Source of the DNA: Thalia democratica
Taxonomy: Eukaryota
Length of the DNA stretch: 64,000 nucleotides
NCBI GenBank assembly: GCA_965202585.1
Contig: OZ241831.1
Span: 41,168,001 to 41,232,000 of the forward strand
Reading direction: 5' to 3'
The translations under genes were made by a program, and so were the position numbers. Below, in pieces: positions 23,317 to 37,724 of this stretch; position 1 is the first letter of the stretch; the number at the start of each line of letters is the position of its first letter. Below the pieces are notes generated by a model. That model ran no database searches, was not told the DNA's origin, and was given only the letters and a program-made list of their open reading frames with translations.

Positions 23317-24395
23317 TGTCATCTTATAAAGAGACATTTGAAAATACAAAATTTTTACCTTTTAGTAAAATTTTATGTTCAAAAAAAATTAACCCAAGCA
23401 AGTTTGTTATTTAAAGTTATTAAAAAGAATCACATTATTATACGATGACTTTTTCTTTTTGCTATAAATACATTATTAAAGTAAGAGTGACATATTTAGC
23501 TATTAAAAATGAATTTGTTAAATTATCTAATTTTGGTCTACCGTATCAAGTAATATATCAACAATCCTTTTTTAATTTATACGCAAATAAATAATAAATA
23601 ACCGGGTTTTCAACAACTACTATAAGGGAATATTATTTTTAACGTCAAAGTAATAAAAATGTATTTTGTCGCTTCAAAATTACTTGCTTTTGAACGTAAA
23701 AGGTTGAATTTAGGAAAAGTTTTATTATTTTTAATAGAGTAAAAAAAGAATCATTATGCGGTGTACAAAAAAAATAACTAAGTTACAAAAATGTACAAGT
23801 ACCTCTCAAAACTGGTAAAAAAGTAAAAAAAAAAGTTAACTAATTAAGTTCACGTTAGAAATAAAGCAAATATACGTCTATTTATATTCAAATACGTAAA
23901 CTTTCTAGTACCTTATAGACAAATGCTGTCGATAGGTGCAATTTGAACAGGAAAAATTGTGTTTCTAAAAAGGACAAACTTCGTCTTTTCTACTAACGCT
24001 GGTTATATAGCGATGTCTCAACAAGTTAAGACAACAAAAGGTTACTTTTCTCACGTTCGTGGCTTTTAATTATTCCGTTTGTTTGTATGTTTTAACATAA
24101 TTTGCTTTAATTATCTGAACAAACTTGTTACACTTCTGTATAAAGTACTTTCACTCTTAATTAAGTTTCTAGTAAGTAAGTAATTATATCTATTTAATTT
24201 TTTTTTAATTATAAGTAACAAAATCAACATAACTTATTAATATCTTTTACTTTATTATTTTCAGTTTAAATTAAAACTGGATTTACTTTAAACTTCTATA
24301 AAATATTTTAAAGTTTAAACTTTTAAAAACGTTTTCAAAAACAGTTCAAATATTATTTTAAAAACAGTTTGACTAGTAAGTTCAATTCTCTTATG

Positions 24396-24605
24396 TGTAC
24401 TCGAAAAAATGGTGAGAAAAAACAACAATAAAATCATCTAATGATTGAGCACTCGTTATAAGTAAGTTGAAATCTTGTGGCAGATGATAACAAAAAAGGG
24501 GATGATATCTTTCTATGACATCACAGTGTCAGTTGTTATTATAAATTCAGGTGTTTAAAGATAACGTTTCCGTGTTTTCACTTTACAAGTGCTTTTTATT
24601 ATGAT
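24396..24605. repeat. Module M5 copy 2
   Basis: CTATGACATCACAGTGTCAGTTGTTATT..CAGGTGTTTAAAGATAA. Confidence 0.8.
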
Positions 24606-26787
24606 GCATCTGTTTTATTCTGAGCAAAGCTTTAAAGTTTAAAGCTTTAATATTTTGTAAAAACTGTATATCTTCAGTTTTTAGACAGATTTTAATTATA
24701 TAAGTGACAAAGTAATTAGAATCAAAATTTAAGTGCAAACACAGTTTGAAAATACTTATTAACTTTTTACTAAACAAAAATACTAAAACTTTGACCGTTA
24801 GATTTATTAAATCTAGTGTTTATTTCTACTTTGAATAGCTCTCATTTATACTTATTTGTTTTATGTTTAAGTTAGATACGTTCAGAAACTGTTAAAACTT
24901 TGAGTTTTTTTTTTTAATTACGATTCTAATTTTCAAAAGACATTTTACTTGAACTTCAAGTACCTTTTTAAGCTCGTTTTAATGGTTATAATAAGTACTA
25001 GTAAATTTTAAACGAAGTTGATTTTTTCAAAAGCCCATAACTTTAACTTAAAAATCTACTAACACAATGTTAAAAATACAGTGAATATGAAGTGCTATTG
25101 TATAGATATTTGGTGTAAATTCATTTTCTTACAACAAATTTCTAAATGAAATGATAAATCGCTTTTATAGATGCTGTATGAAAATATAAATATTTAATTA
25201 AGACTCTTTTAAACAAAAGTCAATATTAGTTATACTTTCTTTTAATTCATCTGTTTATTTTTTAACATTTGCGCAAAAAGTTTAATTTGTTCTTCAAGTA
25301 TATCAATTGCTGGAAGTAATAAAAATTAAATTATAGTTTTAAAATTCTCTATTTTATCATTTTATTTGAATAATTAGAAATTAATTTTGTAAGCGTTTTT
25401 TTTTTCTTTTAAAACTACATTTTTGTGTCAAAATCGGTAAAAGGTTTCAAGTTATTAAGGCCTCTTTATTTTATATTTTGAAATATCTGATTTCGTCTTA
25501 ATTTTACAGAGTAAATCCCTAGATTTATAGAGAATAACGTTTGATTTCTAATTGCAAAGAAAAATTTTAGGATAACCGAAAACTGCAGAATCACATATTT
25601 TATTTTTCCTTTCTAATGTGATTTCGAAAAAAACAAAATAGAAGCTTATTTTTTTTAGTTTTACGACTAGCAAGAACTTTTTCTTAATAAGTGCGTAATA
25701 CTTACATGGTTAAGCTTCAATGTTATTTTGTATGTGTAGTATGATGATTATTGTAATGTTGTAAATTGTTAATATATTGAAATAAATCTAAACTAATTAA
25801 ACTAAAAAACTACCTAGCATATATAAAAAAATTGTAACTCTAAAAACAGTCTTTTAAATAACCTAACAGATTTAAATTATATAAAATAATTAAATCAAAA
25901 ATACATTACAGTGACTGCAAAAAATATTTATTTTGTTGTTTGAACGAGTGAACTTAATGCTATTTTATTAACAAATTATATAATTTAATATTAGCTACAT
26001 TAGCATGCATCTGAAAAGCAATTTTTTTTTTGAAATATATTTACTCTTAAACACTATATTGTTGTTTCAATGCTTAACGTATTCATTATTATAGTTATTT
26101 TACACTTATTTACTAATAAAATCTTTATAGTATGTACGTTGAACGACTTGTTGTTATACTTTGTAAAATTAGTTTGTTAAGTCCTAAAAATGAAAGTTTA
26201 ATAGTCTTCTGAAAATATTTTCTTACAAAACTTGTTTGTATTTAATGCACGCTAACTACAATTGGTTTGTAATATTTTTAATACTTTGATTTTTTATTTT
26301 ACAAACACTTATTTTATTATTTTACCAAGCAAAACTTCGTTATGACAAATAAGTTAAATACTTAAAAAAACTAGTTCTAAACAAAATCTATATATCAGTA
26401 GAGAAAATATGTAAATATAGGCAGATATGTATACAAGAGTATATTTTTGAGTTTTTATAGATTTTAAAAAACATAAGATTATACAAAAAAACGTTATTCG
26501 TGTCTTTAAAAGCTCTACTGTTAATTCATATTATATTCAGAACAAAAGCTAAAATATGATCAATTAAACTTAAAAATGATTACACCCAATAATCAAATAA
26601 TGTTTTTGTGCTTTTAAAATTATGTCGTCAATGTAATGGGTTTACCTTTTGATAAAAAAAGTTCTAATCTATTCAAACATTACTACTGGTGAAAAATATC
26701 ATCTTTTTCTGTTAGTTCGTAGCAAACACAAAGGTAAAGAAATTGTGTGTGCCGTTAAATATTGTCATTTTAGGATAGAATGAGAAA

Positions 26788-26985
26788 ACCTTCTATTGTT
26801 AAAATCTAACCCATCGTATTTTATTGTATTGGAGAGTTTGTTAACTTATAAGTTTATGTTTAACATTTATGCTTCTACGATGGAAAGACACCATTTTATT
26901 ATAGAATAAGAAAACTTTCTTTTGTTAAGATTTAACTCATCGTATTTTTTATGTATTGGAGCGTTTGTTAACTTAGAAGTTTAGC
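26788..26985. repeat. Short tandem duplication of ~70 bp units about 125 bp apart
   Basis: TGTTAA.AT.TAAC.CATCGTATTTT...GTATTGGAG.GTTTGTTAA occurs twice. Confidence 0.7.
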
Positions 26986-27147
26986 ATCTAGACTTGTACA
27001 ATGCAAAATTTACTAAAAACAGTCAACGAAAAGTTAATGACTAATTTTCATTTAACAAATTTATAACAAAACTAAAAAAATATTAATTCTAAAAAAAAAG
27101 CTTTTTTTACAAATAAAAAACTCAAAGTTTTAGGTTATTTTACGTGT

Positions 27148-27358
27148 AAGTACTTAAAACACTGGTGAGAAAAAACAACATTAATACTATCTTATGATTG
27201 AGAGCTTGTAATATGTAAGTTTAAAGTATTGTGGCAGATGTTAACAAAAAAGGGGTGATATCTTTTTATGACATCACATTGTCAGTTGTTATTATAAGTT
27301 CAGGTGTTTAAAGATAAAGTTTCTGTGTTTTGACTTCAAAAGTGCTTTTTATTATGAT
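27148..27358. repeat. Module M5 copy 3
   Basis: Same core as 9111-9316. Confidence 0.8.
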
Positions 27359-29066
27359 GAATTAATTTTACTCCAGAAAAAGCTTAAAACTTTAAAATTT
27401 TCTTTAAACTGTAAGTCTTGACTTTTTAGACACTTTTAATTATATGTGTAAATTTAATGTAATCATCATCAAACTATAAGTATTTACACAATTTTAAAAC
27501 ATTTTTTAATCTCTTAAGAAGGTACTTTAAATAGTAATTGTTTTTTTTAATTTACAAAAGAGCAAAATATTGAATAAAACTTTTAAAATGTGTTTTCATA
27601 TTATATTCAAAAATAGTTTCTTTATAAATACAATAACACTATTTATAAGGTAAATTGAAAATATACTTTTATACTTAAAAGAAAGACAACAACGTATTCT
27701 ACGTATTACGCAAAATAAAACATTATATAACCAACTATAAACAATTATGTATTAGGGAAGATCCAAACTTTACGTCAAAGTTATAAAAATGTACTTTGTC
27801 GCGTCAATACTACTTGACTTTTAAAGTATTAGTACAATTAAAAGGTTAAGTTTGAGGTTAAGTTTCCTCTATCTTTAGTATTTAAAGTTAGGTAAATCCG
27901 ATTGACAAATGTATCAACAATTTTATCTCTATTTATATAAATTAGTACAAAAGTTTTTAACATCCTTAATTACTTTTATAGTAATGATTATAATTATAAT
28001 AGTCTGAAAATAAGAGAAAAAAATAATATTTTTGTACAACACTTGAATATACCTTTTTCCAAGTTTAGTTAAAATATTTATGCAAATTTAATGCCTTAAA
28101 ACAGTATTAAAAAGTTGACTGAGTTTTAAACTTAAATAAGTAAAATTATGTACTACTTAATTAAGTTTTTAGGTAAAAAACTTGATTTTGTGCCGTTTTT
28201 TATACATTATTTCTATTGTACAGATTTTTTTTTTTAGTAGAACTAAATTTTATAATCAAAAAAAAATATTTAAACTTTAACTTATATATTTTTCTTTCCA
28301 TCATAAATCTAAACTTTATCTTAGAGATATTCGTTTACTTTAAAAATCAAGCAGAGTTACGTGTAAGTTGCGTAGTACCCGATAGTAAGCTGTCTATTTA
28401 AACCAGAAACTTGTGAATGTAACAACGACAGGCTCAATTAATTATTTAAAAAAATGTTGATTAAACAATTCGATCATCAGACTACAAGCTTCGGTTGACT
28501 AATGATCCAATTGGTATGGTAAATCCTTTTTTTAAACTTAAGCTTGTCTCACGGCATACGAAAGTCCAGGCTTCTGTTCTGCAGACTTTTGTCGATGTTT
28601 TTGTTGATTACTTATTAAAATATTATGAAAGAAACAAATATCATATCAAGTAAAGTATTACAAAAGTTGCTTTTATCGTCATAAAAAAGAGCTTTTTATC
28701 AAAAAAAAATCTTAAGTAGAATTGATTTAGAATTTATATTTAAGAGCATTTAAATAGTTTTTTTGCTGCAATTAAGCTTTTTATAAAAATTTGATGAAGT
28801 ATATTAAATTAACACAGTTATTAAATAAAGATTTATTGTAATATTAAAATAACTTAACACAACTCCTTAACTTTTTCAAAGTTGATGTAACAAACTATTT
28901 TCAAAGCCTAAACAACGTCCGATTATGTACTAATATCTATTAATTAGGTAAATGTTTTTGTTTGTTGTGTTTTTATTTGTTTTAAGTATATTAATTTTTT
29001 AGCAATTTGTTAGTGTACGGTAATAAAAATTCAAACGCTTCTATGCTATTAGTTGTAAGACTACAC

Positions 29067-29548
29067 CGTTGAACCTGTAATCATGTTGTTATTAAAGGTT
29101 TAATTCACAAGATGCTTATTCATAATATGTTAACTTTGCCAGTTCAAAAGTACATATCAATTTCAAATTTTAAAGTATATTTAATATATACAAAAAAAAA
29201 TATTTTAAAACATAGCTATTTAATTATCAACAAGTGATAAAATTTAACAAAATACAAGTAAAGTACACTTTAAAAATAAAACTAGCCATAACATAACTTT
29301 TATCTTTGTTTTTAATAGTTTTCTAGCATAATATTTTCATTTATAATTTTGTTTGATCAACAACTCATTCTGTCGTTTAAGGCCAATTGAACGCGTCATT
29401 TCAAGCAAACTGCAGTTTTACGCAAATTGACTTTCACTTTATAAATATTCTAGCTTTTTAATCCTGGTTAAAGATGCTCTCTTCACTTCTTAGGCGGTGA
29501 ATAAAAACAACTAGTGTGAATTAATTTATTTTTTCTCACGAAATAACA
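29067..29548 (+). repeat. Forward copy of modules M8+M9
   Basis: ATCATGTTGTTATT..CAGTTCAAAAGTACAT..GGTTAAAGATGCTCTCTTCACTT. Confidence 0.75.
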
Positions 29549-29878
29549 CTATTTACTTATATTACTAAATACATGAATATGCTGTTTCATTTAAAATTTA
29601 ATCGATGATTTAAAATAATTCAATCGATATTAAAAAAATCTTAATTTTTTTAATGAACAAAAATATGGAATACTTTTTTCGTACCGTATACCTATACTAT
29701 TTTTTTTTAATGTTTAGATAGAGTTAATATCCTATAACAGTCTAAGCTAAACCTTTAAAAATGTATTCAATATAAAGTAAAGCGAAATAGAAAACTAGAA
29801 GAAATTTAAAACATAAACACAAAATAAAAGCTTAAAGTTGCAAGTTTAAGATTTAAAAATTGTTTTAACAAAAATATT

Positions 29879-30108
29879 TTACCATGGTCATTATTACAAA
29901 TATTAGTTAAAGATCAATCATTTTTAAGTATAAAAGATTAGAAATCGTGATGCTTGTCTACTTTTACTAACAAACGGCAGTCATATTTGTACAAAGAATT
30001 GTAAACAAAAAACTATCCTTGAACTAATACAAGGCTCCTTTTAAATAAATGATCAATCAGATATTATGTCCTTTGTAAAGATAGAACTAAGGTCAGTTAT
30101 AAGCTAAC
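29879..30108. repeat. Module M10 copy 2
   Basis: TGATGCTTGTCTACTTT..AAACGGCAGT..TATCCTTGAACTAATA core. Confidence 0.85.
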
Positions 30109-30530
30109 CTGAAATTCGATAAGTGGCCACAAAGTTATAAGGAATTAGCTCCAAAAACTTAACTTGGTAGATAAATATCTTAAAATTTTCTACCACTAGT
30201 TTCTTCTTTTAAGTAGTTAAATCTCGTACTTACGAAATAATCTTAACAAATAAGGTCAAACTAAATTAAAGGTCAAACTAGTATAAAGAGTATTTTAACT
30301 AGTTTTTTATGTAACACATTATTTTAAAATATTTTAATTGTTAAGAACAATAGTAATCAACACAATAATTGGTAGTAAACTAGTTATTGTTTTATTTAAA
30401 AGTTTACAACTAGTCAAAGCAAAGACAACGAAAACTATAACAAAGTTTGATAATTCTAAAAAGTATAAGCATTTTAACTTAAAAACAATTAAAAGAATTC
30501 AGTTTATTTCTTATATTTAGAGTTCAAGAT

Positions 30531-30670
30531 AGGATAGACCAGTACCTATTATAATGCTAATTATAACAAACACAACAATAACTTACAACTAATTAAGATG
30601 CCCGCCCCGTACTCAAGTACTTCCGAATGTTAACAATACTATTCATTTAATGATACAAAAGTTAAGTTTA
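30531..30670. repeat. Module M11 copy 2
   Basis: Same core at 30608-30624. Confidence 0.8.
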
Positions 30671-31784
30671 AGTTTTAAATTATGAGTTCGCAATACAACA
30701 GTGTTAAACAGTATTGAATTAATGAGCGAAGGTTTAAAAATAATTTAACCACAATGAATTAGTTACGACGTTAGTATTCAAAGTTTTAAAAAAAGATTAT
30801 AGATTTAAACCGTAAAGGAAAACTTTAAAATATGTTAGTGCAGTACTAAAACGATATTACGCTTTCTTATAAGCTTTTAACGTAGAGTATAAGTAAAGAA
30901 GAAAGTATTAATTTTCAAGACAACCGAAAGTTAGTAAATCTTGAATATATTTTACTCAACAAAACCTTTATTTTAATCAAAGTCAGTATATTAGTGTTTG
31001 CTTTAAGTGGGGCGATCAATTAAATAATGAAAAATTACACCTAAAAACAAACATTTATATTCTTTAGAAGTATTGTCAAGATAAGACCTTAGCTTTGCAT
31101 AAAGCATAATTTTAGTTATATTTAAACTCTCGATAAGTTAGGAATTTTGTGCTTTTGAAAAACTATTAAAGGTTTTTTAATTTTTAATGGTTTTTTTAAC
31201 AAATAAGCTTTAATTGGTTTGTAATTAAACAGCCTATAAACTATTTTAACGGATTGTTTTACCGATAAAACTTTTTTTATGTTCTTAAAGTTTTTACATT
31301 TAACATTATTAACATGTTTTTTTTTATTCTTTGTATGTTGTAAACTTAATATAAATAAAAACTACATTGAATTTAATTTTTGTTTTAGTGAGATTAAAGC
31401 AAATCAAAAAATAAATTTTGCAAAGGCTTTATTACGTTTGGTTAAATAAAAAACATTAGTTACAAATAAACTAATAAAAATATCTAAAATAAAACTATTA
31501 AAAAATGTCAATTGGATAAATAAAAACAAAGCTATAATGCGAAAAATACTTTGATTATACGCTAAAAATATTGTAAAAGCACGATAAGTAATATATACGT
31601 TAACATTCTGAGGAAAAAAATGTTGAATTAAATAAAAAATACATTACAAACATACAAAATTTACTTGAATACATATAGAATTTATACAATTACTAAAACA
31701 AGGTTTTTGTTTAATATTAATGTTGGTTTAACTTTGTTTTTAAAAATTTTGAAAGTCTGAAGCTTTATAGCTAGACTAATTCAG

Positions 31785-31898
31785 TTAGTAATGACAATTT
31801 TCTTGATGTCGTTGACATTCATGCTTCTTCAAGTGTCGTTCCAAATTTGTCGCTTGTCCAAATAACCTACCACATCTATTACATGTAAAAGGTCTTTC
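31785..31898 (-). pseudogene. Copy C exon 7: ZF10
   Basis: [37 protein letters not shown], intact. Confidence 0.88.
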
Positions 31899-32136
31899 CT
31901 GTTAATTATTAAATTTAATTTAGGTTGTATTTTGTTTTATGGTTAGTATACTAATAGTATAATAAACATAATTTATTTGCATGTTAATACCATTAATTTG
32001 TTTTTAATTTGTTATTTTTTGTATATGAAAAGATAAACAATTTGCAATTTAAATCTAAAGTTTTTTAAAAGTATTTAAAGGAGTAAAATACAGTAATGAT
32101 TGTTCTGTAAATGGTCAAATTCAGCAAAATGCATTA

Positions 32137-33501
<1,365 letters not shown>

Positions 33502-33883
33502 CTGAAAATAAGTTCTATAGAAAATTGTTATCATTGGTATAAATTTTTTAAAGTATTTTTTTAAACAGCTGTAAATATATATACTATATATTATTAGTAT
33601 ACCTAGAGTGTATTTTTTAAAGAATTGAGTATTTTAGTTAAACAGTTTTTTTTTTAAGTTTAATTTAATAATTAAGCAAAAATTAGATAGAAAGATGAAA
33701 TTATAAATTAACTGTATGTACTCTAAATCTGTAAAACTAAATTACGAATTAACTAATAAAATCCAAATCTACTTTTGGTAGAAAACCTATTTAGGTAGAT
33801 TTTTTGCTTATTAGTCTAATTTTCAGTCGTTTATAAGTATTATACAAAACATTCAGAGGTAGTTTGCAATGTTTAAAATTAAA

Positions 33884-34110
33884 AGACAGCAAACAATAAT
33901 GTTTGATCTGTGTTTGTAGGAGTCTGTGTTTTATTACTTATCATTGAGAATTATCATTTTAAACTCCTTGTTTAGGGCGTTATTTGATCAAACAAAGTTA
34001 ATTCAGTCACTGATAAGTATTTTTGAATTTTATCATTGAAGTAACTGCCGGTATTTAGTAAAATAAAAATTTTAGCTGCATAATTAAAAGAACAAGTTGT
34101 ATTTTGCAAT
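33884..34110. promoter_or_regulatory. Element X in intron 5 of copy C
   Basis: Homologue of 17316-17560. Confidence 0.6.
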
Positions 34111-34262
34111 TTTAAAGTAAACATTTAACTCATTTTATATTTCTAATGATAACATATGTTTCGACAATATAATATTTAAGTTTGTAGCATCAAAATAGCT
34201 TCAAACTAATTAGTTAAAACTACTTTTTCAAAAAAGACTTTTTAATATTAAAATAAACTTAA

Positions 34263-34425
34263 TGTTTTGTAACGATGCAACAATTTTATTCTTGTTAGTT
34301 TTTTCACAAAATCTGCGATGTTTTGCCAATGAACTTGAATTTGAAAATATTTGATTGCAATCAACACATTTTGTTCGAGTTCTACATTTTACATGCATTC
34401 GTTTGTGACGACATAAATTGCTAAA
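34263..34425 (-). pseudogene. Copy C exon 5 with lost donor
   Basis: [17 protein letters not shown] is intact; the homologous donor position reads AAC A|TTAAG instead of A|GTTAG. Confidence 0.88.
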
Positions 34426-34707
34426 CTGTTTAAATTTTTTTTTAAGAATAGAAAATTTTATATACCAGCAACATTTTGTATGATAGCTTTTATATAACAT
34501 TCGTTATTTATTATTACACAACATTTTTTGTATAATATTTTGAATTTGTTTTTTTATTTTTTGCGATGTTTTTAGTTTAACTGTAAAATGTTTTTTAGTT
34601 TTTAGTATATAGTCATAAATTTTTTGACCATTCAAGTAATTTTTAATAAAACTTTATCTTAATTTTTATAATAAAAGTTTGGTGTGAATACCGTTAATAA
34701 TTTACTT

Positions 34708-34835
34708 AAATGCTATCAAAGCAAATTTTTTTGATGACTTTAAAAAATCGGTAGCCTTTTCACTTGATATTTACTTTATGCGGTTTACTCTAAAGAGAAT
34801 ACAAAGCTAGGTTATTAATCAAAAGGTAAACGTTT
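34708..34835. other. Element Y in intron 4 of copy C
   Basis: Homologue of 18208-18335. Confidence 0.62.
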
Positions 34836-35295
34836 TTTATTTGCTTGCTTTGCGTTTAGGTCTTATTATTTTTACTTTAGTTCAATTTACCTTAAAACAG
34901 CTTATCAGCTACTTGATTTATTTAAAACAATTTATTTTATTTATTTTTAATGTATGAGATATAACAAAACTATTATAGAGTAAAAAGTAAAAAGTTTAAA
35001 ATAATTAATAAATTTTATAATGTGTGTAAAAACAAATAGTTTGAAAAAAAGTATTTTTTATTCCTTAAACTTAAACTTTTTTAAATATTAAAATAGTTCT
35101 AGACTTTTAAAGTTTCTAGATGGGGTTTTTAATATAGCTTGGTTTTTAGTTTAATTCAAAGTTTTTAATTCGATAATATTTATTACATAGTTGTTCAATG
35201 GTATATACAAACTACATTGCAGGTACATTCAAAACTACTTATTTGAAATTTGAGAGATTTTTTATTAAATCTAACAGCATATTATGACGTCATAC

Positions 35296-35503
35296 CTGTG
35301 TATATGATTTGTGACAAACTTCACAGGTGAACGGTTTCACGCTGCTGTGAATGTGCTGATGTTGTTTCAAACCGCTCGAAGTTGCAAATGTCTTTCCACA
35401 CTCCGGACACGCGTGAGATCTCGCTCCGATGTGACGCTCCCGGATGTGTTTCTGAAGAGATGACGAATCAGTGAATGTCGAATTACAATGCTCGCATTTG
35501 AAC
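35296..35503 (-). pseudogene. Copy C exon 4 (ZF4-6), sequence intact
   Basis: Only 2 nt differ from copy A; AAG acceptor; donor gtatga. Confidence 0.93.
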
Positions 35504-37084
35504 CTTAATTTGTAAATTTTATGTTAGTTAAAACATTTATTTTGAAATGTTTTTACTAACCATTGTATGATAACATTCGTACTAGTTTACTCTGAGATTT
35601 TTTTTAATTAAAGCATTAAAGTATTTAAAACAAACTATATTTTAAATCTATTTAATTTCATATAACTTAATTCTTTTGAAATAGTTTACCGCTGACGGGG
35701 GAACTTCATTAAATATAAGGAACAATTTAATATGTTCATATGTTAATTTTAAAAAGCTTTATTTTAAAACTTTACAAAATTTGATAAGTACTTTCCTAAA
35801 TTTAACTCGTACAAGCAAATATTAAAACCGACCAAAATAACCAATCTCAAAGTTTCAAATTTTTATAATTATTGGATTTTTTAAGCCTAATTAAAACTAC
35901 GTCACGATACGATAGTTGAGTTTTTTTAAACAGTAAAAGCAGTAATTAATTATAATGTGTTAGTTGCAAGAGTTTTTTTTTTTTGTTTACAAACTTTACA
36001 AGCCTGCTGATTGTATGTTTGTTTGTTAGAGCTTTAAAAGTTATGATAACATTAAGTAGTTTACAATGTTTTAACATAAACATTAACTAACTTAGTAATA
36101 TTATATTTTTCTTAAATTAATAGTTTTAAACTATAAGTTTTATTTTGTTTGTTTTTTACACATAAATGTATTTAAAGTCTAGTCTAATATCTTTTTGCAT
36201 ACTAACATAAAATTTATACAGATGTTATTCAACTGATGATCGGGTTTTATTTGATTCAAACGAGTGAAATACTGTTTTATTATCAAAATATAAAAATTTC
36301 GATTTAATCATTATCATTATCCTCATTATCAAATAATTTTATTGTGATCTATTAAGTAAAAAGCACACAATTAAATATAGTTACAAAATAGTATATAAAA
36401 TAATATCAGTTTAAAAGTTTTTTTGCTGTTTATTTCTTACTTGTGTTCATTAAAAAACCATAAAACTTGTTTAAATTTAGTTATAAATTTAATAACAACA
36501 AACGACAAAGACTATACTCGAACTAAATTGTTTTGAAATAAATTAGTTAATTGTTACAAGTTTTAATTTTTTTAGATTTTCGACGATCGTAGCACAATTT
36601 TATGTTGTTACAAAGAAAAAGATTTGAATATGTTTCTTAATATACTCGAGCTGAAATATTAATAATTTATAGGTTTAATTTTAACTCATAAACTTTTAAA
36701 TGTTTTTGAAAAAGAGTAGAAAACGTATATTTTTATTAAGAATTCTATATTTGAATGGTTTGGTACAGTTTTTCATAAACTAAGTTTTAAGATTTTTTTT
36801 TAGTTTTAGTTACTGCCGTAAAAAATATTGAATAAAGTTTAGAAAAGGAGAATAAACTTAATTTAAACATTTTTTTTTGTAATCTTTTATGTTTTTTAAT
36901 TAAAAGAAGTATTTGTACACCACAAATTTAAATAATTTTTTTTAAAGATTTTGTTTGTGCATTTTTGATAATTTATTTCATAAAAATGGCTGCATTCAAT
37001 TAGTTTATAAGTAGTATGAAAATGTCAATCATTTTCTATTTTTAGTTATATTAGATGTAATAGAACATTATCTTTATTACGTAC

Positions 37085-37163
37085 TTGCTTTGAACATTCG
37101 TTTTAGGATTCGATACAAAAGATTTTGGTTGAAATGGATTTTGAAGTAAAATTCTTTCACAAT
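37085..37163 (-). pseudogene. Copy C exon 3 (79 nt)
   Basis: tttttag|CERILLQNPFQPKSFVSNPKTNVQSK|gtacgt, open. Confidence 0.8.
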
Positions 37164-37329
37164 CTAAAAATGTTTAATTTTTGTTGTTATATAACTATAT
37201 TGTTGTCTTATAATTAATTTTAGCTTAAATAAGTTCAATTTATAAGAAAAACTAAACATAAATTACCCAAATCCTTAAATTTTTATGTTTAACTACGTTA
37301 TTAAACTGACACTTAATGTCAGTACTTAC

Positions 37330-37341
37330 GTAATTGCTTAT
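37330..37341 (-). pseudogene. Copy C exon 2: 12-nt microexon ATAAGCAATTAC
   Basis: atcattag|12 nt|gtaagt. Confidence 0.7.
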
Positions 37342-37630
37342 CTAATGATTAAAAACTACCTACTTTTATGACAACGTTTAAAAATTTTTGATAGCAATGC
37401 AAAATTAATACTTACTTTGATATGGTCAAAAACGTTGTATTTTAAACAATTTAGTTTTTTATAAACACAAATTAGTTGAGTTCAATTTCAAGTAAGATTT
37501 TAAGATGTTCGAGCTTAAATATTAATAATTACTAGCTTTTATTCTACTACCAAAAAATTTCAAAACTTTCGAAAAAGAATTGAAAACATTATTTTTATTC
37601 TGTATTTTTTTTTTATATTTAAAAATCAAC

Positions 37631-37724
37631 CTTGTTCTACGATTTTACTTCTTTGTTTGTCAATTCCATAAAGTGTTTCATACTTTTGTTGATAATTCCC
37701 ACGACTTGCAAATTCATTCTCCAT
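37631..37724 (-). pseudogene. Copy C exon 1 coding part
   Basis: AAAATGG start; MENEFASRGNYQQKYETLYGIDKQRSKIVEQ; donor CAAG|gttgat in phase 1. Confidence 0.68.

Noticed and set aside
20600-31780. Search for upstream PR/SET-domain or ZF1-3 exons in the spacers
   Set aside because: No recognisable motifs by eye and the conserved modules have stops or indels; only an HMM search could exclude tiny or highly diverged exons.
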